DNA of 64,000 bases from positions 1,260,543 through 1,324,542 of the forward strand of contig OZ255839.1 of assembly GCA_965277675.1 (NCBI GenBank), in the 5' to 3' direction. Within the stretch, counting starts at the first letter, position 1, and each line of letters opens with the position of its first letter. Position numbers and translations under genes: made by a program. Positions 8,731 to 18,411 of the stretch are shown piece by piece. Origin of the DNA: Candidatus Azotimanducaceae bacterium (lineage in GTDB: Bacteria > Pseudomonadota > Gammaproteobacteria > Pseudomonadales > Azotimanducaceae). Under the pieces are notes generated by a model. That model worked only from the letters and a program-made list of their open reading frames with translations, searched no databases and was not told the DNA's origin.

Positions 8731-10128
8731 ATGACATTTCCCGTTACAGCAAATCTCGAAATCCCAGTGAAGGTCGATATTCACCTGCACAGTTTTTACC
8801 TGGGTGACCGTGATCGACACTGCTGGACCTATGTGACCCGGGGTATGGATGCGTTTGACCAGCATGAAATGTGCCTGTCATTGCTCATCGAAGATGGGGA
8901 TAAACCCGAGGACTTCCCCAAAACGCCCGTCAAAATGTTCGAACTTCTGGCGGGCCGCGCCAGGGATGGCAAGCAAGTTCAGTCCGGCGATGCCATTAAA
9001 CTGGGGCAACGGGGTATCTTTGATTTTCCGTGTCTGTTCTTTGTCCCCGCGATCCAGTTCCCGAATCTACCTGAACTCGATGAACACCTCGGTCTCATTC
9101 TTGTCCATGACAACGAATACGCCTACGCCCGGCAATACGGCCTGACGCGCTTTCTTTCAAGGCTAGGTAAGTTCTGCTCTTCCTTTCCTTATCCCACCTG
9201 GAATACCCAGATCCGGCCCTCACTGTTTCAGGATCAATGGCAGGAAGAAAGTCTGCTCGCGGCTGATAATGCCCTCATGGCCGCTCATTCCAACGTGCAT
9301 ATGAAGGCGCTGACGACCAGCGAGCGTGTCCTGCAACTACAACTCCACAAGAAGGACGCTGAACAGGTTGCTGATCTTCTCGCCGCATTGAAAACAGACG
9401 ACCGGGGGTTGATCACAACCGCGTTTTCACCGCGCTGTGATGCCAGCTTGTACTGGCAGATCGGGCAGACCACGCCGGGCGCCTACGCGGCCTCAGAACC
9501 CGGCAGTGGGCTGGTCGGTGGCAGCTTTGTTGAGATCAGGTTCGGAAGAAAGGAAACATTTGAATTACTGGAAGACGGTTTCGGCCTGACGTTGCCAGTC
9601 ACCTGCCAGCCAACGCTGGTGGACGCCCTGCGAACCGGACAGGCGTTCGAACATCAAACCGAGGACCTGCGTTTCATTGTCGACGCGTTAGACACCACGG
9701 CGCGCATGCGGGCTAGAGACTATTCACCCGCCGCACGCTGGCGCACTTTTGATTCACCAACAGCTGCGATGCAGGATCAGACCGTCGAACCCGAAAGAAA
9801 GACATTGCTCCAGAGAAGCCCGATTAAACGCAACCGGGTCGCATCGACCGGCAACATCAGCGATCAGGTACTTGAACAGTACCTGATCGAACTGACGGAA
9901 ACACTCGCAGTATCGCTCGAAGAGGAAACCGACACCTTCAGTTTTGAAGTCGCCATAAAGATCCGGGCTAATCGGGCCGAAGTGAAAGTCAGTGAACTGG
10001 ATATGACGCTAAATCCAGAATTTATCGCCTTCATTGAGGAGCTGATTGGGGCCAAAACACCCCCGGCTGCCCACGGTCAGGTGATCTTCAGCCTGTCTTT
10101 TCTAGTCAACCACCCGCTGATGTCATAA
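8731..10128 (+). CDS. Hypothetical protein, possible N-terminal SUFU-like domain
   Basis: Track ORF 8713..10128 starts at TTG; the first ATG is at 8731. HCWTYVTRGMDAFDQHEMCLSLL resembles the core of bacterial suppressor-of-fused-like domains. This is recognition by memory only. Confidence 0.45.
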   Translation: MTFPVTANLEIPVKVDIHLHSFYLGDRDRHCWTYVTRGMDAFDQHEMCLSLLIEDGDKPEDFPKTPVKMFELLAGRARDGKQVQSGDAIKLGQRGIFDFPCLFFVPAIQFPNLPELDEHLGLILVHDNEYAYARQYGLTRFLSRLGKFCSSFPYPTWNTQIRPSLFQDQWQEESLLAADNALMAAHSNVHMKALTTSERVLQLQLHKKDAEQVADLLAALKTDDRGLITTAFSPRCDASLYWQIGQTTPGAYAASEPGSGLVGGSFVEIRFGRKETFELLEDGFGLTLPVTCQPTLVDALRTGQAFEHQTEDLRFIVDALDTTARMRARDYSPAARWRTFDSPTAAMQDQTVEPERKTLLQRSPIKRNRVASTGNISDQVLEQYLIELTETLAVSLEEETDTFSFEVAIKIRANRAEVKVSELDMTLNPEFIAFIEELIGAKTPPAAHGQVIFSLSFLVNHPLMS

Positions 10129-10161
10129 TTCACACCAACGTCAATCCAAAGCAGCTTTGTC

Positions 10162-10839
10162 ATGAACCAGCCAGGCGATAGCACCATCGAACTGATCCAT
10201 TCCGTTCACGAACAGGGGGCATCGCACATCGTCATGCTGATGCGACATTCAGCAAGGGAGTTTGCCCCGGACAAGCATGACCTGCTGAACCCGCTGACCG
10301 ATGAGGGTCGCGACCTGGCGACCACAATGGGCACCAGACTGCCAAAACACCTGACGGTCAGAGGTTACTCCAGTCCCGCAGACCGCTGCATAGAAACAGC
10401 AGACCTTGTCATGTCAGGCCATTCAGCGGCGGGCGGCAGCGTCATGCGCAACCGCGTGGTCGAAGCCCTTGGGGTTTTCTATGTGCTCGATCAAATGAAA
10501 ATGTTCATGGCCATGCGGGCTGCAGGCGGGATCGTCAATTTCCTGCAAACCTGGTTCCGTGGCGATATCGCTGAAGATATTCTGATACCGGCAGATCTTG
10601 CGGCGGCGATCCTTGGACGTTTGATCGCAGAGAAACTCAGCACCGGCGCTGAACAACCGCAACTGGACCTGCTGGTTTCTCATGACTTTACGTTGTTCAC
10701 CGTCAAGGACCGGCTACTCAAGCAGCACACCGAGGTTCATCCGGAAGTTAACTTCCTGGATGGCATTGCGTTTTTTCTAAAGGACGGCGCCCTGTTTGCG
10801 CAGAGCCATCATGGTCCTGCCATTGCCGTGAACCTGTGA
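10162..10839 (+). CDS. Histidine phosphatase (phosphoglycerate-mutase-like) family protein
   Basis: VMLMRHSAREF (catalytic RHS/G motif) and a distal LLVSHDFTL histidine. Confidence 0.7.
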   Translation: MNQPGDSTIELIHSVHEQGASHIVMLMRHSAREFAPDKHDLLNPLTDEGRDLATTMGTRLPKHLTVRGYSSPADRCIETADLVMSGHSAAGGSVMRNRVVEALGVFYVLDQMKMFMAMRAAGGIVNFLQTWFRGDIAEDILIPADLAAAILGRLIAEKLSTGAEQPQLDLLVSHDFTLFTVKDRLLKQHTEVHPEVNFLDGIAFFLKDGALFAQSHHGPAIAVNL

Positions 10840-10879
10840 TACGTCCTGTGAGTCAGCTCCCGGATAAGGCGCGCCCGGC

Positions 10880-11821
10880 CTAAAACTTTGGCTTCATCCT
10901 GCGGTCCAGCCATTCGAGCAAGATACGGTTGGTTTCCTCAGGTTGCTCCTGCTGAATCCAGTGGCCACATTCCAATGTATGAGACTCCAGATCATCAACA
11001 TAACCCGTCATATCCGTGGGCGGCACCATGTCATGTTTTCCATAAATCATCAGTGCCGGCTGGGTCACCTTCTGCACGACATCTGCTGTGGTCTCCCAGT
11101 TACGGGTGAAGTTCCGATACCAGTTACAGGGTGCAAAAAAACCACTGGTCTTGAAGGCATTAACGAACACATCAAGTTCCTGTTCGCTCATCATCAACCT
11201 GCCCGCGGTAATCTCATGCTCTGCGAGGTGGATGATAGACAGGCCACCACCCATACTGTCTTCAGCCGACAGCCACTGCTCCGTCCGATACAGGTTGGAT
11301 AAGAACTGCCGCGGGTTGCTGTCAAATGCCTTCGCGGCAACACCGGGTTGGCGGTTGAAATGTACGATGTAAAATTCATCGCCCAGCATCTGCTCCCAGA
11401 AAGCCACCGGGTCTGCTTCCTCTCGCGGCCGGAAGGGGACCGAAAGATTCGCCACACCGACGACACGTTCTGGATTAAGCAGGCAATGGTGCCAGACCAG
11501 AATTGCACCCCAGTCGTGACCAACGAACACCGCCTTCTCGATACCCAGGGCATCCAGCAAAGCATTGTAGTCGCCCGTCAGATGGTGACAGTCATAGGCA
11601 TTAACATCTTCGGGCTGGCTGGAGAGGCCATAACCGCGCTGGTTAGGGGCAATAACGTGATAACCCGCTGCAACCAGGGCCGGTATCTGATGGCGCCAGC
11701 TGTAAGCATGCTCGGGCCAGCCATGGGCAAGTACAACCGGGATACCTCCCTGCCCTGCCTGGAAAACCTCCAGCGACACATCGCCAAGGTCAATCATCTC
11801 TGCTTCAGGAAAATCGATCAT
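10880..11821 (-). CDS. Alpha/beta hydrolase, epoxide-hydrolase-like
   Basis: VVLAHGWPEHAYSWRHQIPALVAAGYHVIAPNQRGYG and VGHDWG nucleophile elbow. This pattern is typical of epoxide hydrolase / haloalkane dehalogenase relatives. Confidence 0.8.
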   Translation of the reverse strand: MIDFPEAEMIDLGDVSLEVFQAGQGGIPVVLAHGWPEHAYSWRHQIPALVAAGYHVIAPNQRGYGLSSQPEDVNAYDCHHLTGDYNALLDALGIEKAVFVGHDWGAILVWHHCLLNPERVVGVANLSVPFRPREEADPVAFWEQMLGDEFYIVHFNRQPGVAAKAFDSNPRQFLSNLYRTEQWLSAEDSMGGGLSIIHLAEHEITAGRLMMSEQELDVFVNAFKTSGFFAPCNWYRNFTRNWETTADVVQKVTQPALMIYGKHDMVPPTDMTGYVDDLESHTLECGHWIQQEQPEETNRILLEWLDRRMKPKF

Positions 11822-11824
11822 CGG

Positions 11825-12202
11825 TTACTCCTCAATCCAGCGGTAGGCCTCATCCAGCGAACGACACAGTCGAAATCTGATATTGCTGCCGATAAGTTTC
11901 AGTATGGTCAGGTAGATCCGCATTAACTGATAGTCTGTGGATCTCGTCAAGACAAGTGCGGCCTTGTACTCACCGCGACGCTCCATGTATTTGCGTAGCT
12001 CACGCGGTAACTGCCGGACCTCACTGAGGGGAACCGCCGTCAGGTTAAGCGTCGACAAATCCCAGACGGCATGCATGCCTGAATGAAATTCAACATGATC
12101 GAAGATTTTGTCATAGCCACCGACCACTTCTTCGACGTTTGTGCTACCGGCGATCTTCATGACGTACAAATTTCGTTCAGGGTGGAACGCCGTAGAGATC
12201 AA
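11825..12202 (-). CDS. Hypothetical STAS/SpoIIAA-like small protein
   Basis: 125 aa, 4 nt upstream of the hydrolase gene. Shares a C-terminal LDEAYRWI-type ending with ORF 61949..62326. Confidence 0.5.
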   Translation of the reverse strand: MISTAFHPERNLYVMKIAGSTNVEEVVGGYDKIFDHVEFHSGMHAVWDLSTLNLTAVPLSEVRQLPRELRKYMERRGEYKAALVLTRSTDYQLMRIYLTILKLIGSNIRFRLCRSLDEAYRWIEE

Positions 12203-12274
12203 TGCTGCTACCAGTAAGGGTGAATGGAAGCGAAGAATATCATGCCGGCTAATCGCCGGTCACCGGACAAATCA

Positions 12275-13015
12275 TCAGGCACTGTCCTGCGGAGAGTAAC
12301 CCAACACACGTTTGGCGAGCGCAAGATCACGATAGCCGCGGGCATTGTCCGAAGTGATAAAAAAGACTGAAAACCGCTCTGGCAGCACAGCATGCATTGC
12401 CAGCGTAATAGCCTGAACAACATCCCGCTGGCTGTTCCAGACAGACTTCTGCCGATCGCTTACCGGTCGATCCGCCGCATTCGCAAAACCAATTCTGAGA
12501 CACACAATCTCCAGATCATGATTGTCTGAATAGTGCCTCGCCACAGCCTCTCCCCAGACCTTTGATGCCGCGTAAAGGTTGGCAGGCCGTGTTGGCATCG
12601 ATTCATCAATCAGCTGCAGGCCAGGCGGCACAGCCCCTTCACCTCGAACCAGTGCGCGATAGGGTTCAACCTTCTCCCAACCAGCAACGGTCGCGCCACT
12701 ACTGGCGAACACAACCCGACGCACACCCGCGCGGACGGCAGCTTCAAATACATGCCGGGTACCAATGACGTTGGTGTTAAGCAGCGCATCCCAGCCAACG
12801 CCATCGTGAATCTCCGCTGCCAGATGAACCACCGTGTCCTGATCGACAAAGGCTGGCAAGATCGCCTCCAGGTCAGCGAGATCGGCCCGGGTGGTTGGTA
12901 CACCCTCCACCGGCCGACGATTAAGTGCCGATAGTTCATAGTCCGCCGCCAGTGATTCACGTAGCGCCGAGCCAATCAACCCTGACATACCAGTCACTAA
13001 TACCTTTGCATTCAT
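12275..13015 (-). CDS. NAD-dependent epimerase/dehydratase family (extended SDR)
   Basis: N-terminal Rossmann motif VLVTGMSGLIGSAL and YAASK catalytic Yxxx K. Confidence 0.8.
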   Translation of the reverse strand: MNAKVLVTGMSGLIGSALRESLAADYELSALNRRPVEGVPTTRADLADLEAILPAFVDQDTVVHLAAEIHDGVGWDALLNTNVIGTRHVFEAAVRAGVRRVVFASSGATVAGWEKVEPYRALVRGEGAVPPGLQLIDESMPTRPANLYAASKVWGEAVARHYSDNHDLEIVCLRIGFANAADRPVSDRQKSVWNSQRDVVQAITLAMHAVLPERFSVFFITSDNARGYRDLALAKRVLGYSPQDSA

Positions 13016-13097
13016 CCTGCCGCTCCTTTTGTCGTCGGTTGACTTTGATCACGGCCAGTTACGACAATGGGCCATCACTCACGCGAAGGAGCATCAC

Positions 13098-13388
13098 ATG
13101 CCAGTAGGTATTGTCGCAACACTGAACGTTAAACCAGAAAAAGCAGAAGAGTTTGAAACCAACTTTAAGAAACTGATGGCGATCGTGGCCGAAAAGGAAC
13201 CGGGCAATAACTACTATGATCTGCATCGTTCACGCGATGAAGAAGGCAGCTATGTGGTCATGGAACAATATGTAGACCAGGCCGCGCTGGACCTGCATGG
13301 CAAGTCGGACGAGTTTAAGGCAGTAAGCGCCCAACTCGGTGACTGTCTCGCCGGCGCACCAACCATCAAGATTCTTGACGCTGTCTAG
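13098..13388 (+). CDS. ABM-domain monooxygenase
   Basis: Track ORF 13029..13388. ATG at 13098 is preceded by AAGGAG (13086-13091). IVATLNVKPEKAEEFE...VVMEQYVDQAALDLHGKS. Confidence 0.75.
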   Translation: MPVGIVATLNVKPEKAEEFETNFKKLMAIVAEKEPGNNYYDLHRSRDEEGSYVVMEQYVDQAALDLHGKSDEFKAVSAQLGDCLAGAPTIKILDAV

Positions 13389-13394
13389 GAACAC

Positions 13395-13420
13395 AACAGG
13401 CCGGTGATAACCGGCCTGTT
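13395..13420. terminator. Bidirectional stem-loop between convergent genes
   Basis: aacaggccgg-tgataa-ccggcctgtt, a 10-bp perfect stem between the stop at 13388 (+) and the stop at 13432 (-). Confidence 0.6.
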
Positions 13421-13431
13421 AACCAGCGTGT

Positions 13432-14391
13432 CTACTGCACCCGGCGGTGGGTCAGGCTCATATAGGCGCGATTAATGAATCCTGTATTATCGCCCATCTT
13501 TTCATCGTAGTCGGCCGTTGGCTTGGCTGCATAAACTTCTTCCAGCGTCTTGCCTTCGTCAATCAGCCCAACCAATCGAGTGCGAATCACCGACAACATC
13601 TCAACATAGTCCGTCATGGCCTGATAATCCGTCACCGGACCATGGCCCGGAATGACCACGGTATCCTCGTTGATGCGCTTCAGGGTTTCAGTGCAAAATT
13701 TGATCACACCGTCCAGGGTGCCGCCGTTACCTGCATCAATAAAAGGGTAGCCAGCATTGTTAAAAACATCACCCATGTGCACGGCATTTGATCCCTTGAA
13801 AAATACCACTGTGTCACCTGTGGTATGAGCCGGGCCGAAGTGCATCAACTCGATGCTCTGACCGTTCAGGTGAAACTGCATATCGTCATCAAAGGTAATA
13901 TCAGGCCAGGCACTCTCGGGATAGGCCTTCTGTTCATAAGCCGCGATGACCAGGTTGATGATCCGGTCTTCTTTCATCATTTCCCTGGAGTTTTCATGAG
14001 CAACCAGCCAGGTACCTTCCGGGCCGAGCACGAGGTTGCCTTCCGCATGGTCAAAATGCCAGTGGGTGGTGACAGCAAAATCCACGTTTTCGCCGCCTAG
14101 CTCACCAATCGCTGCCAGAATCTTCGGCATAAGCTGGGGAAACTGATCGTCGACGATAAAGACACCGTCATCACCAACATTAACCCCGATGTTTCCGCCG
14201 GCGCCGAACAACACATACAAATCGTCAGTCACCTTTTCAGTGGTGATATCCGTTTCATCGAAATTCCAACCGAAAGCCGTTGTCAGCTGATCGAGATTCA
14301 TGGGATCGGGGACCGCGGGTCCGCTGTGGGCAAATACCTGCGCAGAAAGCAGCAGCAAAATCGCAGTCGATATCTTGTAAACATTAACCAT
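13432..14391 (-). CDS. Secreted MBL-fold metallo-hydrolase
   Basis: Track ORF extends to 14472, but the ATG at 14391 follows GGAG and gives the signal peptide MVNVYKISTAILLLLSAQVFAHS. HWHFDHAEG (HxHxDH) zinc motif. Confidence 0.8.
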   Translation of the reverse strand: MVNVYKISTAILLLLSAQVFAHSGPAVPDPMNLDQLTTAFGWNFDETDITTEKVTDDLYVLFGAGGNIGVNVGDDGVFIVDDQFPQLMPKILAAIGELGGENVDFAVTTHWHFDHAEGNLVLGPEGTWLVAHENSREMMKEDRIINLVIAAYEQKAYPESAWPDITFDDDMQFHLNGQSIELMHFGPAHTTGDTVVFFKGSNAVHMGDVFNNAGYPFIDAGNGGTLDGVIKFCTETLKRINEDTVVIPGHGPVTDYQAMTDYVEMLSVIRTRLVGLIDEGKTLEEVYAAKPTADYDEKMGDNTGFINRAYMSLTHRRVQ

Positions 14392-14487
14392 GGTGAACTC
14401 CTTCACTTTTATTAGTTTATTCTTGTTCTTGATCTTTATTTGTTTTCGCTGGTTATTAAACGCGCCAGGCATGATCGAACTGTTGGG

Positions 14488-15513
14488 TTATTGAATCGCG
14501 TTGTAAAGATATGGCAGCGAAACATCCATCCTGTAATCAATCGTTGAATGGGTATCCGGGAACTCTTCATATCGATGCGCAATGCCAAGCGCGTCCAATT
14601 TCGAGGTCAGCTGACGCGCGCCGAACACCAGATTGTATTGGTCCCTGGAACCGCAATCGATAAACATCGCTTTCAACTGCTTCAGCTGCGTCTGGGCAGC
14701 TTCCTGATCAACCAGTTGCACCGGATCCCAAGCGAGCCACTTTTCCCACCGTGCTTCGATCAGCTCGCAGGTGTCGTGGGTTACTGGCAGTTGAATACCG
14801 TAGGGGGCCTGGGGGTCAGGATCATAGCTCGCCGCCATCGCAAGAATCATCAGATGGTGGAAATCACCACCCAGTACCTTGCGCCCGGCGTGCACCTTGT
14901 CGACAAAGGCACGAAAGTTGAAATCGTAATTTGACAGCGCGCGCAGTAGACCGGGGAATTCACCCCGGTAGCAAAGGTCGAAATCCATATCGCCGGAATG
15001 ACAGGCAATGGCACCCCAGGTATCTGCATGGCGCATACCGTGAACTATCGCCCCATAACCGCCCGAGGACTTACCAAATAACGCACGATGCTCAGGTCCT
15101 GTCTTCAAACGAAACGCGTTCTCAAGCGCAGGTACCATCTCATCGCAGAGATAGTCTTCCCAGTTACCCATTGCGGCAGAATTCACATACTGATTACCGC
15201 CGAGAGATGTAAAACAATCAGGGAAAGCCACCACCACAGGACCCATGGCATTGTTTTCAATCAATCGATCTATCTGCTGCGGAACATTCTCGTTGAACGC
15301 TTTCCAGCCGATATGCCCAAAGCCGCTGCCAGTAAAGCCGACGATATCAACCATCAGCGGATAGGATTCGCTGCTGTCATCGTAGCCTTCCGGCAGGTAA
15401 ACCGGGACAGTCCGTTCTGTGGGGTCGCCGAGAATATTGTTTTTAAGCGCCTCTGACTGAATCGTGATGACTTCGATACGGCCTCTGGGGCGTTGAAAAG
15501 GATGCTTGGGCAC
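14488..15513 (-). CDS. Esterase family protein (enterochelin-esterase / esterase-D-like alpha/beta hydrolase)
   Basis: FGKSSGGYGA nucleophile elbow. The most plausible start is GTG at 15513 with AGGAGG at 15523-15518. The track start at 15552 and the ATG at 15531 are alternatives. Confidence 0.75.
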   Translation of the reverse strand: MPKHPFQRPRGRIEVITIQSEALKNNILGDPTERTVPVYLPEGYDDSSESYPLMVDIVGFTGSGFGHIGWKAFNENVPQQIDRLIENNAMGPVVVAFPDCFTSLGGNQYVNSAAMGNWEDYLCDEMVPALENAFRLKTGPEHRALFGKSSGGYGAIVHGMRHADTWGAIACHSGDMDFDLCYRGEFPGLLRALSNYDFNFRAFVDKVHAGRKVLGGDFHHLMILAMAASYDPDPQAPYGIQLPVTHDTCELIEARWEKWLAWDPVQLVDQEAAQTQLKQLKAMFIDCGSRDQYNLVFGARQLTSKLDALGIAHRYEEFPDTHSTIDYRMDVSLPYLYNAIQ

Positions 15514-15622
15514 GTTGCCTCCTGATGGCATAGCGAGCCAAGCATACACCAACGCGGCGAGTTGATTGCGAAACCGAAATCAGAAAACTAAAGACCGGGC
15601 TTTAGTGACGACCAACCATAAA

Positions 15623-15652
15623 AATGCCCGGGCCATCATGGCGCCGGGCATT
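15623..15652 (-). terminator. Intrinsic terminator downstream of the 15689..16012 gene
   Basis: aatgcccgg...ccgggcatt stem, followed on the minus strand by TTTTAT. Confidence 0.6.
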
Positions 15653-15688
15653 CAATGGGTAGTAAGCGTGAATGGGCAACTTTAGGGC

Positions 15689-16012
15689 TCAGGCTATCAG
15701 GCGACGGACACCTGCAAACGCTTTGGCCAGACCCAGCGTGGTTGCCTGAACGGAAACAAGCAGCGTCACCTGCACTTTCTGCAGGATCGACACGGCATCA
15801 AACTGATCCATGCGGGCCTGCAGCCCTTGCAGCCTGGGATGCTCGTCGGCAATACGTTTAACCCGTTGCGAACCACGCGACAGCATGTACAACGCGCCCG
15901 CGAGAAACAACACACCGGGCAAGATTGGCACAATCAGCCCTACAACCCCCAACACCAGAAACATGATACCCAGCGTGAGATAAACCAGTTTTTCTGCACC
16001 ACTAACCTTCAT
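15689..16012 (-). CDS. Small inner-membrane protein (YbaN/DUF454-like)
   Basis: 107 aa with two N-terminal TM helices containing IVPILPGVLFLAGALYMLSRGS. Family call is from memory. Confidence 0.5.
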   Translation of the reverse strand: MKVSGAEKLVYLTLGIMFLVLGVVGLIVPILPGVLFLAGALYMLSRGSQRVKRIADEHPRLQGLQARMDQFDAVSILQKVQVTLLVSVQATTLGLAKAFAGVRRLIA

Positions 16013-16136
16013 TGCATTTTTCCCCTATGAATTCCTATCTTGGGGGGAACGAAGCAGCATCCGTGCCAGTATCAGCAACCCATTGTTTTATATGCTCTTT
16101 CTAAGAAAAGCACCGGCCACGATGGCAAAGATATTA

Positions 16137-16167
16137 GGCGAATGCACCAATCAGTGGTGAATTCGCC
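16137..16167 (-). terminator. Stem-loop downstream of the fadB-like gene
   Basis: ggcgaat...attcgcc inverted repeat, 19 nt beyond the stop at 16186. Confidence 0.45.
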
Positions 16168-16185
16168 CAATCCCTGACGCGGATA

Positions 16186-18288
16186 TCAGCCATCCAGTGA
16201 TGCAAAGTTGTTGCCATCAGCGACCAGTTTCTTCAGCAGTTCAGCTGGTTTCCAGACATCATCCCCGGTCTCCTCATAGAACCTTTCTATGTCAGCGAGA
16301 ACACTGGCCAGCCCCTGGGTGTCCGCGAACCACATGGGCCCACCGATGTAAGTTGGAAAACCATAGCCGTTCACATACACCGTATCGATGTCACCGGCAC
16401 GCAGCGCGTGTCCTTCCTCAAGTAGCTTAGCGCCGATGTTCACCAGCGGGTACATGCAGCGTTTAAGGATTTCCTCATCGGAAAAGTCTTTCTGCGGATA
16501 ACCAAGTTCCTCAGCGACGCGCTTGATTACCGCATCCGACTCAGGATCGGCTTGTGGCGTTCTGTCACCTTCTTCATAACGGTAATAACCCTTGCCGTTT
16601 TTCTGCCCAAAACGCCCCAATTCACAAAGTTCGTCAGGAATACGCGCTGTGACCTCATTGGTGCCACCCATCATCTTGCGCGCCCGCCAACCCAAATCCA
16701 GACCCACCATATCGTTCATGGCAAACGGACCCATCGCCAACCCGAAGCCATAGATGACCTTGTCGACCTGCGCGGGGGTTGCCCCTTCCAGGATCATCAT
16801 CTGCGCCTGCCGGGTGTAACCGCCAAGCATACGGTTGCCGATAAACCCGGGACAGTTGCCGGCCATCACGGAAACCTTGCCTAACCGCTTACCCAGTGCC
16901 ATCGCGGTGCCGAGCACCAGGGGCGAAGATTTTTCACCGCGGACCACTTCAAGCAGTCGCATAACGTTTGCAGGACTGAAGAAGTGCATACCACAGACAT
17001 CCTCAGGTCGCGAGGTTGTTGCTGCAATGGCATCAACATCCAGACCTGACGTGTTAGTTGCCAGAATCGCACCTGGCTTCATCACCTTGTCCAGCCGTGT
17101 AAAGATCTCTTTTTTGAGGTCCAGGTTTTCATAGACAGCTTCGATCACCACATCCGCATCACCAAGGTCGTCAAAGTTCTCAGTGGGGATTATCAAAGAC
17201 ATGCGCTTGTCCATATCTTCCTGAGACAGTCGGCCCTTGGAGACGGTGCGCGCATAATTGCCTTCAATGACCTTGACCCCTCTCGCCAGGTTTTCCGGGT
17301 CATTGTCATGAATACGAACGGGAATACCGGCATTGGCAAAACACATGGCGATGCCACCACCCATCGTGCCTGCACCAATCACAGATCCCTGGTTAATCTC
17401 TTTGAGTGGCACGTCTTTTGGCAGATCCGGAATCTTGTTAGCGGCGCGTTCGGCAAAAAACACATGAATCAACGCTTCACGTTGTGGATGCTTCAAACAT
17501 TCACTGAAGCGCTGTTGCTCAACGGCCATGCCGTCGTCAAAACTCTCAGCGTTGACTGCGGCTTCGATACACTTAAGTATTTGTGCCGGTGCAAACTGAC
17601 CGCGATGCGTGCGATCAAGGTTAGCCGCAAAATGTTCAAACAGCGCAGTGTTACCGCGGTCAGCAGCCACCTTGTCATCAAGGTCCCGTACCTTGCGGGT
17701 AGCCGCGCCGGCATCAACAATCTCATTGGCATACGCGATCGCATCTTCAACGATATCGCCGCTGGCGACGCGATCAACGATCCCCATAGTGAGCGCGTCA
17801 GGTGCCATGATCGGGTCACCAGAAATAATGGCTTTGACTGCCGCTTCAGCACCGACCAGTCTCGGTAGTCGCTGCGTGCCTCCGGCACCCGGCAACAATC
17901 CCAGCTTAACTTCGGGCAAACCCACTGGTGCGGACGCGGCAGCAATTCTGTAATCACAGCAAAGAGCAACTTCCAAACCACCGCCAAAGGCGGTGCCGTT
18001 GATCGCGGCAATAATGGGCTTGTCACTTTGCTCCATTTTATCGAGCGCTTCATTCAGGCTGACACCCGCGGTTGCCGCAGCACCAAATTCACTGATATCT
18101 GCACCCGCAATAAAGGCCCGATTCAAACCCGTAACCACAATCGCGGCAATGGCATCATCTGCCAGCGCTTTATCCACGCCATCGTAAAGCCCCTGCCTGA
18201 CGCCTGACGATAATGGGTTAACCGGTGGATTATCGATGCTCAGCAGCGCGATTCGATCACGCACTTCGTAGTGAACGGTACCCTTCAT
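16186..18288 (-). CDS. Multifunctional fatty-acid oxidation protein: enoyl-CoA hydratase + 3-hydroxyacyl-CoA dehydrogenase (FadB/FadJ type)
   Basis: N-terminal crotonase fold (FIAGADISEF, AINGTAFGGGLEVALCCDYRIA) and central NAD Rossmann motif VIGAGTMGGGIA. 700 aa. No adjacent thiolase gene. Confidence 0.9.
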   Translation of the reverse strand: MKGTVHYEVRDRIALLSIDNPPVNPLSSGVRQGLYDGVDKALADDAIAAIVVTGLNRAFIAGADISEFGAAATAGVSLNEALDKMEQSDKPIIAAINGTAFGGGLEVALCCDYRIAAASAPVGLPEVKLGLLPGAGGTQRLPRLVGAEAAVKAIISGDPIMAPDALTMGIVDRVASGDIVEDAIAYANEIVDAGAATRKVRDLDDKVAADRGNTALFEHFAANLDRTHRGQFAPAQILKCIEAAVNAESFDDGMAVEQQRFSECLKHPQREALIHVFFAERAANKIPDLPKDVPLKEINQGSVIGAGTMGGGIAMCFANAGIPVRIHDNDPENLARGVKVIEGNYARTVSKGRLSQEDMDKRMSLIIPTENFDDLGDADVVIEAVYENLDLKKEIFTRLDKVMKPGAILATNTSGLDVDAIAATTSRPEDVCGMHFFSPANVMRLLEVVRGEKSSPLVLGTAMALGKRLGKVSVMAGNCPGFIGNRMLGGYTRQAQMMILEGATPAQVDKVIYGFGLAMGPFAMNDMVGLDLGWRARKMMGGTNEVTARIPDELCELGRFGQKNGKGYYRYEEGDRTPQADPESDAVIKRVAEELGYPQKDFSDEEILKRCMYPLVNIGAKLLEEGHALRAGDIDTVYVNGYGFPTYIGGPMWFADTQGLASVLADIERFYEETGDDVWKPAELLKKLVADGNNFASLDG

Positions 18289-18411
18289 GACTCTCTCCTG
18301 AATTTAAAAGCGCGCGCAGTATAGCCCATCGGACCAAGCGATGGACCAATGGCACTCCCTTGGGTCCGGGTTTTGGTAGTATTGGCCTCCCGGCGAAAAA
18401 AAGCAGCCTAA

